Assembly (NCBI RefSeq): GCF_006345805.1
Contig: NC_042997.1
Span: forward strand, 75,950,001 to 76,014,000
DNA: 64,000 nucleotides
Source: Octopus sinensis
Lineage: Eukaryota
Direction: 5' to 3'
Shown here: in pieces, positions 35,031 to 45,696 of the stretch
Layout: every line of letters starts with the position of its first letter
Position numbering within the stretch: position 1 is the stretch's first letter
Position numbers and translations under genes: made by a program
The notes under the pieces: generated by a model
What the model saw: only the letters and a program-made list of their open reading frames with translations
Database searches by the model: none
Told to the model about the DNA's origin: nothing

Positions 35031-38000
35031 GGCTAGACCGCCCCTTATTATTACTTCTCTCCTGGCTATAACACACGAAATACGAACTGCAGGATGATGA
35101 AAAATATCAGCTAAGTCGTATTTAAGTTCACGACCTGTCCCTCTTTTCATTGTTTTCGCAAGTATTATTATCACCATCAAGCCTTATTATTGTGTCCCCA
35201 TATATTATCGTTACCGTTGTCCTTCGTCTCAAATGCTAGCTGAAGCATATAAACTTTCGCTCACAAAAACTTATTCACACGACCGCAAAAACATCTCGTC
35301 TCAAATCTGGTCTTTCTGTCGCTTAATTCTCTAACCCATCTTTCCCAACTTCCACTCATAGAAACTTATGCACACGACCGCAAACCTTTCCATCTCAAAT
35401 CTTGTCTTTCTTACTGCCGCCTAAATCTCGTCTTCTCCCAGTGCCCGGTGCGCCCGCCCTCCCGCCCCCACCACCAGTACCGGAAGTCCTTATCTCACCT
35501 TGCCTTCCTTTGCTTTTCTTCCATGAACACCTAAAGGCCTTAAACCAATACCACCCCTTCTATATATGATGGTGACCATACGGCGCAAAAACATGATAGT
35601 GTAGTGTAACAGGTTGAACTTAAGTTCATTGCTTTGCTTATGAATTCTGCCAAATGCGAGTTTTCTTCTTCTTTTCAGGTACATGACACCACTGCTCCCC
35701 GTACCTGGGCCTCTCGGGTCAATACCTTCCACACCCTCAGGGTGGGCACCCTCAACGTTGGCACACTGAAAGGTAGGTCTGGCGAGATAGTCGAGATGCT
35801 TGAACGGAGACGTGTTGATGTATGTTGTATGCAAGAAATAAGGTGGAGAGGAGGATCGGCTAGGTTACTCACAGGCAAGGAACACAGGTACAAGATTTTC
35901 TGGGCAGGGAACACTGACGGGGTTGGTAGCGTGGGTATACTTATCGCTGAGAAATGGATAGATAGAGTAATTGAGGTAATCAGAGTAAGTGACAGAATAC
36001 TTAAGATTAGAATAGTGCTTCATAATAGATTAGCAACCATTATATCGGCCTACGCCCCTCAGCCAGGGCTACCCGATGGACAGAAAGACAGTTTCTATGA
36101 CACCCTACTGCAGACCACCTCATTGACGAACGACAGGGACCTTCTCTTTGTGGCTGGTGATTTCAATGGGCATGTTGGACGACATGCTGGGGGCTTCCAT
36201 GGCGTACATGGAGGCTACGGTTATGGTTCCCGCAACGAGGAGGGAACCAGGCTGCTGGAGTTCTGCGATGCGAATAGTCTTATGGTCTGCAACACTAACT
36301 TCAGGAAACCAACAAGCCACCTGGTCACCTACCGATCGGGCCGGCATACTAGCCAAATCGACTACATCCTTGCCAGAAAAAGGGAAAGATGGCTGCTTAT
36401 AAATGCCAAAACCTTCCCAGGCAAAGAATGCACCCCACAACATAGACTGGTAGTTAGTGACTTTAGGATCAGGACTAAGAGGGCGACTAGAAGACAACCA
36501 ACATGGAGAAGAAGGGTCTGGAAGCTTAAAGACCCTGCGAATGGACAGAGATTTAGAGATATGTTACTTGAAGCCTTTGACGAAGTGGAAGGGGGTATAG
36601 CTACACATGGGGTAGAAGACAACTGGACGTTTCTGAGGGACAACTTGCTGAAAGCCGCTGACCAGATCTGTGGCTGGTGCAAAGTCCCCTTAAGACATAA
36701 AATAACGTGGTGGTGGAACAATATTGTTGACAGGGCTATTAGACAAAAGAAACAGGCTTGGAAGGACTGGAAGAACGGTGGTAGCAGGGAAGTGTATCAG
36801 ACTGCCAGAAGGGAAGCTAGGAGACAGGTCTATCTAGCCAGAGGGGAAGCAGATAAGAGAAAATTTGCCAATGTCCTGCGCCGTGAGGATGAAAGACTTG
36901 AGGTATTTCGTGTTGCAAGACAGTGTGTGAGAGAAAATCGTGATGTGGTAGGAGAGAAATGTGTTCGCATGGAGGATGGTTCACCTGCGCTAAATGAGGA
37001 TGCAAAGAGAGAAGCTTGGAGACGCCACTATGAAAGGTTGCTGAATGAGGAAAATGAATGGGATAAAGAGAGTCTGCCGAATGTTGACCCAACAGAGGGA
37101 CCAGCTATCCGAGTTGATAGTTCCGTGGTAGCTAAGGCAATTAGAAGCATGAAGACAGGGAAAGCACCAGGCCCATCAGGAATTACTGCAGAGATGCTCA
37201 AAATATCTGGTAGTGTCGGCTATAGCATAGTCACCCGTATAGTTAACCAGGTGATACACGAAGGAGTCATACCCAATGACTGGTGTAGCAGCATAATAGT
37301 CAACTGCTACAAAGGTAAAGGCGACGCCCTAGATACAAATAACTACAGGGGCATCAAGCTGTTGGATCAGGTAATGAAGGTTACGGAGAGGGTTATAGCC
37401 CAGTTAATTAGAGAGAGAGTTAGCTTAGATGATATGCAGTTTGGGTTCGTGCCAGGGAAAAGTACTACTGATGCTATATTCCTGGTAAGACAGCTGCAGG
37501 AGAAATACCTAGCCAAAGGTAAGCCCTTGTACCTGGCTTTTGTTGACTTGGAGAAAGCCTTTGACAGGGTCCCCCGATCCCTTATCTGGTGGTCAATGAG
37601 GAAACTAGGGAATGATGAATGGTTAGTGAGAGCTGTGCGAGCCATGTACAGAGACGCAGCTAGCAAGGTGAGGGTTGGCAACGAGTACAGTGAAGAATTC
37701 CGGGTAGAGGTTGGGGTCCACCAAGGTTCAGTCCTCAGCCCCCTCCTATTTATCATAGTCCTCCAGGCAATAACGCAAGAATTTAAGACAGGATGCCCCT
37801 GGGAGCTCCTCTACGCTGATGACCTTGCTCTAATTGCTGAATCACTATCAGAACTGGAGGAGAAGTTTCAGGTGTGGAAACAAGGATTAGAATCGAAGGG
37901 CCTTAGAATCAACCTAGCCAAAACCAAAGTCCTAATAAGTAGGAAGGTGGACCAACCACAAACGACTTCAGGTAGATGGCCCTGCTCGATCTGTAAAAAA

Positions 38001-39426
38001 GGTGTAGGTAGAAACTCTATAAGGTGCACCAAGTGTAAGCTATGGACACATAAGAGGTGCAGCAATGTCAAAGGTAGGCTAACTGGGAAGATAGTTTTCG
38101 TATGTGGCAGATGCTCAGGAGAAATAAACACTGGAAATGTGCAGAGACCAACTTCTACCACGTTCCAGGGAGACACACTAGAAGTAGTTGATAGCTTCCG
38201 CTACCTAGGAGACCAAGTCAGTAGCGGGGGTGGGTGTGCTGAAAGTGTAACTGCTAGAGTAAGAATAGCCTGGGCAAAGTTTAGAGAGCTCTTACCCCTG
38301 CTGGTGACAAAAGGCCTCTCGCTCAGAGTAAAAGGCAGACACATGATGCATGTGTACGTACAGCCATGCTACATGGTAGTGAAACATGGGCCGTGACTGC
38401 TGAGGATATGCGTAAGCTCGCAAGAAATGAAGCCAGTATGCTCCGATGGATGTGTAATGTCAGTGTTCATAATTGTCAGAGTGTAAGTACCTTGAGAGAA
38501 AAGTTGAACCTAAGAAGCGTCAGTTGTGGTGTGCAAGAGAGACGGCTGCGCTGGTATGGTCATATGATGAGAATGCTGAAGATAGTTGTGTGCAAAAGTG
38601 CTACACCCTAGCAGTTGAGGGAACCGTGGAAGAGGTAGACCCAGGAAAACCTGGGACGAAGTGGTGAAGCATGACCTTCGAACTTTAGGTCTCACCAAGG
38701 AAATGACTAGAGACCGAGACCTATGGAAGTATGCTGTGCGTGAGAAGACCCGGCAAGACTAGTCAGGCCATAACCCGTGGCCCCTACCTGGGACGTAGTC
38801 ATTCCACCTGTGCATACCTTCCTTCTTGTGACACTTGTGAAGACCTGTTGAGGCAAGTGAAAATCAAACAAAATCAAAATAGATGAACATCAATGGAATT
38901 TGTATCTTTGTGGTACCAGTGCCGGTGGCACACAAGAAAACCATCCGAACGTGGCCGTAGCCAGTACCGCACCGACTGGCCTCCATGCTGTGGGCACGTA
39001 ACAATCACCATCCAATCGTGGCCGAGCGCCAGCCTAATCTGGCTCCATCTGGCTCCAAAAAACACCATCCGAGCGTGGTCGTCTGCTAGCCTTGTCTGGC
39101 ACCTGTGTCGGTGGCACATAAAAACACCATCCGAGCGTGGCCGTTCGCCAGCCTCGTCTGGCACCTGTGTCGGTGGCACATAAAAACACCATCAGAGCGT
39201 GGCCGTTCTCCAGCCTTGTCTGGCACCTGTGTCGGTGGCACATAAAATCACCCACTACACTCTCGGAGTGGTTGGCGTTAGGAAGGGCATCCAGCTGTAG
39301 AAACACTGCCAGATCTGACTGGCCTGGTGCAGCCTTCGGGCTCCCCAGACCCCAGTTGAACCGTCCAACCCATGCTAGCATGGAAAGCGGACGTTAAATG
39401 ATGATGATGATGATGATGATGATGAT
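35031..39426 (+). mobile_element. RTE-clade LINE copy 3 with ~415-bp 5' extension
   Basis: Helitron sequence stops at 35030 and resumes after the (GAT)n tail. The 5' core motif is at 35446-35484, followed by the long ORF and 3'UTR repeats. Confidence 0.95.
35634..38396 (+). CDS. RTE ORF: APE endonuclease, reverse transcriptase and PHD-like finger (920 aa; C-terminal ~100 aa frameshifted)
   Basis: Uninterrupted ORF with LNVGTL, QE, AYAP, GDFNGH, IDY, QFGF, AFDRVP, QGSVLSP and YADD (37812-37823). A 1-nt deletion near 38342 relative to copies 1 and 2 shifts the C-terminus. Confidence 0.9.
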   Translation: MLMNSAKCEFSSSFQVHDTTAPRTWASRVNTFHTLRVGTLNVGTLKGRSGEIVEMLERRRVDVCCMQEIRWRGGSARLLTGKEHRYKIFWAGNTDGVGSVGILIAEKWIDRVIEVIRVSDRILKIRIVLHNRLATIISAYAPQPGLPDGQKDSFYDTLLQTTSLTNDRDLLFVAGDFNGHVGRHAGGFHGVHGGYGYGSRNEEGTRLLEFCDANSLMVCNTNFRKPTSHLVTYRSGRHTSQIDYILARKRERWLLINAKTFPGKECTPQHRLVVSDFRIRTKRATRRQPTWRRRVWKLKDPANGQRFRDMLLEAFDEVEGGIATHGVEDNWTFLRDNLLKAADQICGWCKVPLRHKITWWWNNIVDRAIRQKKQAWKDWKNGGSREVYQTARREARRQVYLARGEADKRKFANVLRREDERLEVFRVARQCVRENRDVVGEKCVRMEDGSPALNEDAKREAWRRHYERLLNEENEWDKESLPNVDPTEGPAIRVDSSVVAKAIRSMKTGKAPGPSGITAEMLKISGSVGYSIVTRIVNQVIHEGVIPNDWCSSIIVNCYKGKGDALDTNNYRGIKLLDQVMKVTERVIAQLIRERVSLDDMQFGFVPGKSTTDAIFLVRQLQEKYLAKGKPLYLAFVDLEKAFDRVPRSLIWWSMRKLGNDEWLVRAVRAMYRDAASKVRVGNEYSEEFRVEVGVHQGSVLSPLLFIIVLQAITQEFKTGCPWELLYADDLALIAESLSELEEKFQVWKQGLESKGLRINLAKTKVLISRKVDQPQTTSGRWPCSICKKGVGRNSIRCTKCKLWTHKRCSNVKGRLTGKIVFVCGRCSGEINTGNVQRPTSTTFQGDTLEVVDSFRYLGDQVSSGGGCAESVTARVRIAWAKFRELLPLLVTKGLSLRVKGRHMMHVYVQPCYMVVKHGP

Positions 39427-39882
39427 ATACATATTATATATATATAATATAATATAAATATATATGGGCAACACACATACACACACGTACATACACCTAT
39501 TGCATGTTTTGTGCACGCATACATGTTTATAAACAGAAATGAATGGAAAAAATGTTGTTAAATTTGTAAAATAAAAACAAAACTCTTTCACACCCAAAGT
39601 AATGTGTGTGTGAGAGAGGGGGGGGAGAAAGATGAATGATTTAAAATAAATATATTGTAATTGTTGTGTGAGAAAGTATATATACTATGATTATAAAATA
39701 TAGTGTCTTTCAAAAACAAAAAACAAAACATTTTACATTTATTTTTTATGAACATCATAACTTACTCTCTCTCTCTCTCTCTCTCCCTCTCTCTCACTTT
39801 GTCTTTCCCATGAAACTTTCTGCCTCCTTCTTCCACCTTTCTTTATCTTATTTTTTTTTTGTTAGACGCCATCAAAAAGGAA

Positions 39883-40431
39883 TCATATCTATAAAAGGGA
39901 GGATGTGTGTGCGTGTGTGTACATGATTGTAATTAATGCATGTCCACAAATTAGCACGCATGTCGCTCAAATTTTAGGAGGACATTTATCAACACCTTAT
40001 CCCCCCCCCCAGGCACCCGTGGATAGCGAAAGAGTTTTGTTTTTATTTTACGCTGAGTAAAAAAGTGTTTTGTTGACAATCCATTTATTTAACAACAAAA
40101 AAACAAAGAGGTGAGTAATAATTTGTCAGTGAATTACACAATATAAATGGGTACAATTTGCGAGGCTTCCACTACACCCCACTCCGTTTCACAGACCACA
40201 AAAAGGGTTTTGAGGCCAGAGTAGTTGATTCCATGCAAAAAAAAACGATTTTTTTTCTTAGTGAAAATCGTGCAAGTGTTAATCTACAAATTTAACAACA
40301 TTTTTTCCATTCATTTCAGTTTATGAACATGTATGCATGCACAAAACATGCAATAGGTGTACGTACATACGTACGTGTGTGTATGTGTGTTGCCCATATA
40401 TATTTATATTATATTATGTATATATAATATG

Positions 40432-40476
<45 letters not shown>

Positions 40477-40668
40477 GTATATATAATATGTATATATATA
40501 TATTATGTATATATAATATGTATATATAATATATTTATATAATATAACTAATTTCAACAGATTTCGCCCAAATTTGACGTCTATATTACTTAGTTTGGTT
40601 TGAAATAAAGAACTTAATTAGCTTAATAATCGTAACTTAATCCTGGGCAAGGCCAGGTTATACTGCTA
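39883..40668 (+). mobile_element. Non-autonomous Helitron B inserted in opposite orientation into Helitron A
   Basis: A|TCATATCTATAAAAGGGAGG start, CCTGG-gcaagg-CCAGG hairpin and CTAG|T end. Internal (TA)n at ~40400-40545. Removing it restores aaaaaggaA|Tggc, as in Helitron C (aaaaagtaAT ggc). Confidence 0.85.
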
Positions 40669-42599
40669 GTGGCTGATATTTGTTATGGTTAAAAGCTATG
40701 GTTGAAAATGGTTGAAAATAGATTTTTACCCTATCCGCGGATGCCTCAGGGAAAAAAATAAGTTGACAAAACCCAGATAGGGTGTTGACAAAAGTCCTGC
40801 TAAAATTTGAGCGGCATGCATGCTAATTTGTGGACATGCATAAATTACAATCACATACACACACGCACACACATCCTCCCTTTTATAGATATGATAAATA
40901 AATGAATGAATAAAAAGTAAAGGAAAAATAAGCAGCACTATATGATACAGAAATAATGGATGACAGATCTCAACATATGAGTTGTGGAAAATGAAAAATG
41001 AGATGCTGTAGTAGTAGTATGCATGTATGTGTGCAAGTTTGCCATACAATATATCAATACTCATTTAAATCCTCTGTCATCTGTTCTCAGAGAGTCAGCA
41101 TGCTGAATTTTGAACTAAACACTTCTCACAGCTTCCGCTCTTCCACAAATACTTTCCAATGAGAATATCCAGCATATACTAGCCGTTTGTATAAAGAATT
41201 CTTACAAGTGCAGCTACTGTTCAAGCACACTCTTCTTTGCAACTTCCATAGATCTATGTTGCTTAATAAAGCTTGCTTTTTGCAAAAAAAAGAAGAAAAA
41301 AATGCTTTAATGCCAGCTAAAGAAATAGCTTGTGATTTTTTTTTTTTTACTCTTTCTTTAGCTACCATGCTTTGAGCTACAGAACTGGATAACATAAACT
41401 ATCAACTATGTTGTGAGACATTTGATGAGTTAATGGACTTCATTTGTGGGTGCTCCTACTATTAACACATATCTATCACATCTGAAATTCTGCTTCTATG
41501 TTTATCTGTGAAAGATACATTGTACTTTTAATGTACTCACAGTTTGCACTGGGTACTCAGTATCAAGTTTTTAACTATAACCATTATCTACATTGACCAA
41601 ACCACTTCCCACCTGGCACTAGAATCTAGTGCTTTGTTACTATGACATTAGACTCTGACAATTAAACATTAGATCTATGGAAGGAAGAGGGCTGAATTTA
41701 ATATCAATAATATTAACAGGTGCAGGCATGGCTTAACCAAGCTGAAACAAGTCCAGAGTTATAACAAAACTTACTGAAAATGAGACTTACTCTCCTGACA
41801 ATTTTTGTTATTATTTGTCATACTATCAGTATGACATCCATGACTTGGTACAAATCCAGTTGCAAATTATTCAAAATAACCCTTTCATTTCATCCAAAAA
41901 TCCAAGCACTGAATGTAATAGTGTGTTTAATGACTATGGGACAAGAGGTCAATGGAGTTTGCAAGGGTCATACATGAGTAGTAATACTTTCCATAGCTAG
42001 AAGGAAGTATACAAATTGAACAATGAATTTGTACTGGCTAGCAGATGCTTATCATCTTAATCCCTGTGCTGTCTGAACATATTATACATCAGAGAAAAAC
42101 TTGATTGATTGTTCTAAACTGAATCTTCTTTCAATTTCTTCTTTCAATATGGTTCTAGATGCAGAAAGCAGTGTTATCTGCACCATCCTTTTTTGTTTTG
42201 ACTTATGAATTTATTATCAATTAGACAAAAAGAAGAATGAGATATTTTTGTAAAGAAAGAAAAAGTTATGATTTGAAAGATAGATACTATCACTTACAGA
42301 ATGAGGTAAGATATAGTTTTGCCAAGAAAATAGATGAGAAAACAGTTCATAATGCACTTAATGATGACAATTAAGACTAAGTTTTTACATCAATGCAACA
42401 GATTAAATCGTATAAAGGCTAACGGTACAGTGAATAAGAGCACTGACATACATATTTATCTTGGATAAGTGTTAGCTAAATTCTCTTTTGAAAATAAATA
42501 GTGAATATAAAACAAAAAATCCAAATCATGACAATGATGATAATAAAATGAAATATAGCAACAAAACTGCAAATTGAATAGAGAGATTAAGCAACAAAC

Positions 42600-42762
42600 C
42601 TTAGAATCATGTCTTGATGTATTGAAAACAGATAATGACAAAGGAAGTAGATGTGCTTCAGTTGTAAAGATGTAATCATTCAAATCTAAAATCAAATCTT
42701 CATCTTCAGCAAACAAAAGATATAAATATTTGAAAGTTTCAGCCAAAACAAATGAATCCATT
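42600..42762 (-). CDS. EDEM3: EDEM3-like exon (end of the GH47 mannosidase domain)
   Basis: Acceptor TTTTATATTTCAG|A and donor AAG|GTTTGT. Translation [44 protein letters not shown] carries the GH47 signature. 163 nt, phase 2 to phase 0. Confidence 0.92.
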
Positions 42763-44230
42763 CTGAAATATAAAAAAAAACACAACATAATACACCAAAA
42801 CAGAATAGAGTAAGAACAGAAAATAGTACATAAGCGTCCTTATTAAAATACTGTGTAACAGCTTCAAACAAACTGGCAAAATTTTATAATGTATAACATA
42901 ACAGGTTAAGATTTTTTACCTTTTTACCTTTTCAGCATTTAAATTGTAAATTGCATTATACATGCAATTACATTAAGATATAAAGTAAGTTTAGATAAGG
43001 TACAATCCTGGTGTATTCCTTATGCAGAGCTCAATACAAATTCCGGGCTATCTACATGTTAAGACTGGTATTTCAGAATGACCATGGACACAGGGACTCC
43101 AAGTAATTATCACTGGTATAATGAGCATGTAAATATTTGATAGGATAACATATGAGAAAAGGAAGATGAATATTAATATAACATATGTTTAATGTCATTT
43201 ACAATTGTTTTGGCCAAATTACAAATCTTGTACATTTATATATATTATATAATACTAAGACTGTTTTGCCAGACATAGTAGGAGATATATGTAGATGACA
43301 CTCCATTTCCATTTTATAGATATAGTAAGGTAGATACAGTAAGAAATAGAGTAAAGTAGAGTGTAAAATAAGTATTTCTAGGAACTTAGGATTATAAATA
43401 GGAACACTAGGGTAGTTAATTTATTAGAGGTAATATGAAAACTTCACACTGGACTATGCATTGCCTACCACAAACCCAATGAAAGTTTCCAGTATGTTAA
43501 AAAATCCAAAAACATCCCAGGATGGTTATAAATTCAACAGTGAAAGATGTATTCTCTAGAAAATGTAGATTGTTGGTGAATGAAGAGATCTTCATGTCAA
43601 ATGCACAGTACTATAATAAGGCCTTAGTGAGGACAATAATATGGAGAAAATTTATTATCAGTTGGAGAACAATAATTTAACACATAAAACACCTTACCCA
43701 CAATGAACACTGAAATGTTTATGTATCAGCTCTTGGAATACAATGATTAACAGAGCACAAAAATAACATCAATGACAGCAAATGCATGATGTAACACAGG
43801 AACAGTGATATCCCTCATCATTACATGAATAATACCATGAAGGAACAGTTACTCATGAGAAATAAGAAGAGTTTACATAATAGGGCTTTTTCCTGAGGTG
43901 GGAAGGAGGAAGAAGAGGATCATTCCTTTGCATACCAATGCTCCAGAACCCTTTGAAACTTCTAGACCTAACATGTAGAGTATGCAAACTGGGGTGCAAT
44001 TTATATAATCCTTTTGATACCAGCCCAAGACTGCCATTGGTTCTATGATACAGACATCATGTGATTTAAATTAGAACCTTCCCTCAAAATTCCATGTTAA
44101 TTTATGTTCCAAATACTGGTTTAATAATGACTAAGTTATTTTACTAAATTCTTATTTTTACAATTAATTTAAACAAAGGCAGAAATATAGTATCAAAGGG
44201 TTTAACATGATGGATTGAACACTAGTAGTA

Positions 44231-45465
44231 TTAGGTCATCAAGTATGAAATTTGTAGTAAGGTATTTGGTAAACTTTGACAGCTGCTCATTTTGCACCAT
44301 TATTATATTTTGACAATATTTTTTGTTAGAAAGCTGATACATCTATTTCTTTATTCTAACTCCTTTTGTGCTTTATTAAGTATTTATAAATCATTTTTTG
44401 CTATTTTTGTTTAGAGATGGATAAGTTGGAAATTCGTACAGTTTTGAAATATGGGTTCTTTCTTGGAAATACAGCATCACAGATAGCTCGGAATATTAAT
44501 GGAGTATTTCATTCTAACATTACACAGCAGACAGTATCAAAATTTTCAAAATTTCATTCTGGTAACTTTGACCTTACAAATGAGCAACATGGTTGACCAG
44601 AAACAAAGGTGGAGATGAACTCAAAGCCACCATTGAGTCAGATCTATCTCAAAGTGCCCGTGAATTATCGTTGTTGCTTTGTGTTAGCAAGCAAACAATA
44701 TTGATTCCCCTAGTTCTAATCGGTATAGTGAAAAAGTTGGATAAGTGGGTTGCACATGAACTCAATGAAAATCAGAAACAGCCATGTTTGGAAGCCTGCA
44801 TTATGCTACTTTCTCATACAAAAATAAATCATTTTTGGAAATGGATCCAATACAACAACTTTAAACATTCAGCACAACAGTTGGACAAATACAAGCCACC
44901 AAAAAGCAAAATTCATCAAAAGAAGCTGATGGTGTGTGTTTGGTGGTCTGGCGCAGGTGTGATCCATTATGATTTCATTAAACCTGGCTCATCAATCACA
45001 GCCGAAGTATACTGCAGCCAACTGGACCAAATGATGCAGAAACTTACAAAAAGACAGCCTAGATTAGTCAACAGATCTACTCCTATTTTATAGCAAGACA
45101 ATGCCAGACCACACATCCCAAAAATGACATTGGCGAAACTACAGGAGTTGGAAGTTCTTCATCATCCACCATACTCACCTGATCTTGCCCCCACTGACTA
45201 CCACTTCTTCCAGAATTTGGATAACTTTTTTGATAGGAAAAAAATTTAATTCTGACGATGCTGTAAAACAGATTTTATTCCAAGATTTTATTGACTCTAG
45301 ATTGCCAAGCTTTTACAGTTCCGGGATGGAAAGCTATTGCTGAAATCGTAAAAGTGTATTCACAACATGGGTGCATACTTTGATGAATAAAACTATTCCT
45401 TATATTTATAAAACATTAGCAAACTTATTTTTTCTTTTCTACAAATTTCATACTTGATGACCTAA
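44231..45465 (+). mobile_element. Mariner transposon (degenerate transposase ~44417-45390)
   Basis: Perfect 27-bp TIR TTAGGTCATCAAGTATGAAATTTGTAG with TA on both sides. Translations WVAHEL, QDNARPH and HPPYSPDLAPTDY. Confidence 0.92.
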
Positions 45466-45696
45466 TAATAACAACCCTATCAGTACTTACCTGTCTAAAT
45501 GTAATGGTATCTCAACAACTGGCAGTGCTATAAATATCACTTATAAAAGCAAAACTAGAAGTATCAGGTTATTTAAGAAAAGCATAACATTGGTTCAAAT
45601 AACTCTTCAGATAACATGTAGCTAGAGACATACTGGGTATATTCTTTAGGACACAAGATAAGAATTTTCCTCTCTGCAACAGTTAACCCTCTAGAG

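Larger units (their letters stand above)
34918..40894 (-). mobile_element. Non-autonomous Helitron A containing RTE copy 3 and Helitron B
   Basis: Minus-strand A|TCATATCTATAAAAGGGAGG at 40894 and hairpin plus CTAG at 34918. The body is collinear with Helitron C once the inserts are removed. Confidence 0.75.

Noticed and set aside
41126-41395. 89-aa ORF as an extra EDEM3 exon
   Set aside because: There is no homology, it crosses poly-A/T runs, and the flanking exons already join in phase.
45491-45527. 37-nt candidate micro-exon with a perfect GTAAGT donor
   Set aside because: Its length is not a multiple of 3 inside a phase-2 intron, so it would frameshift the GH47 domain. The flanking exons already give the conserved SHEDQMDSF.
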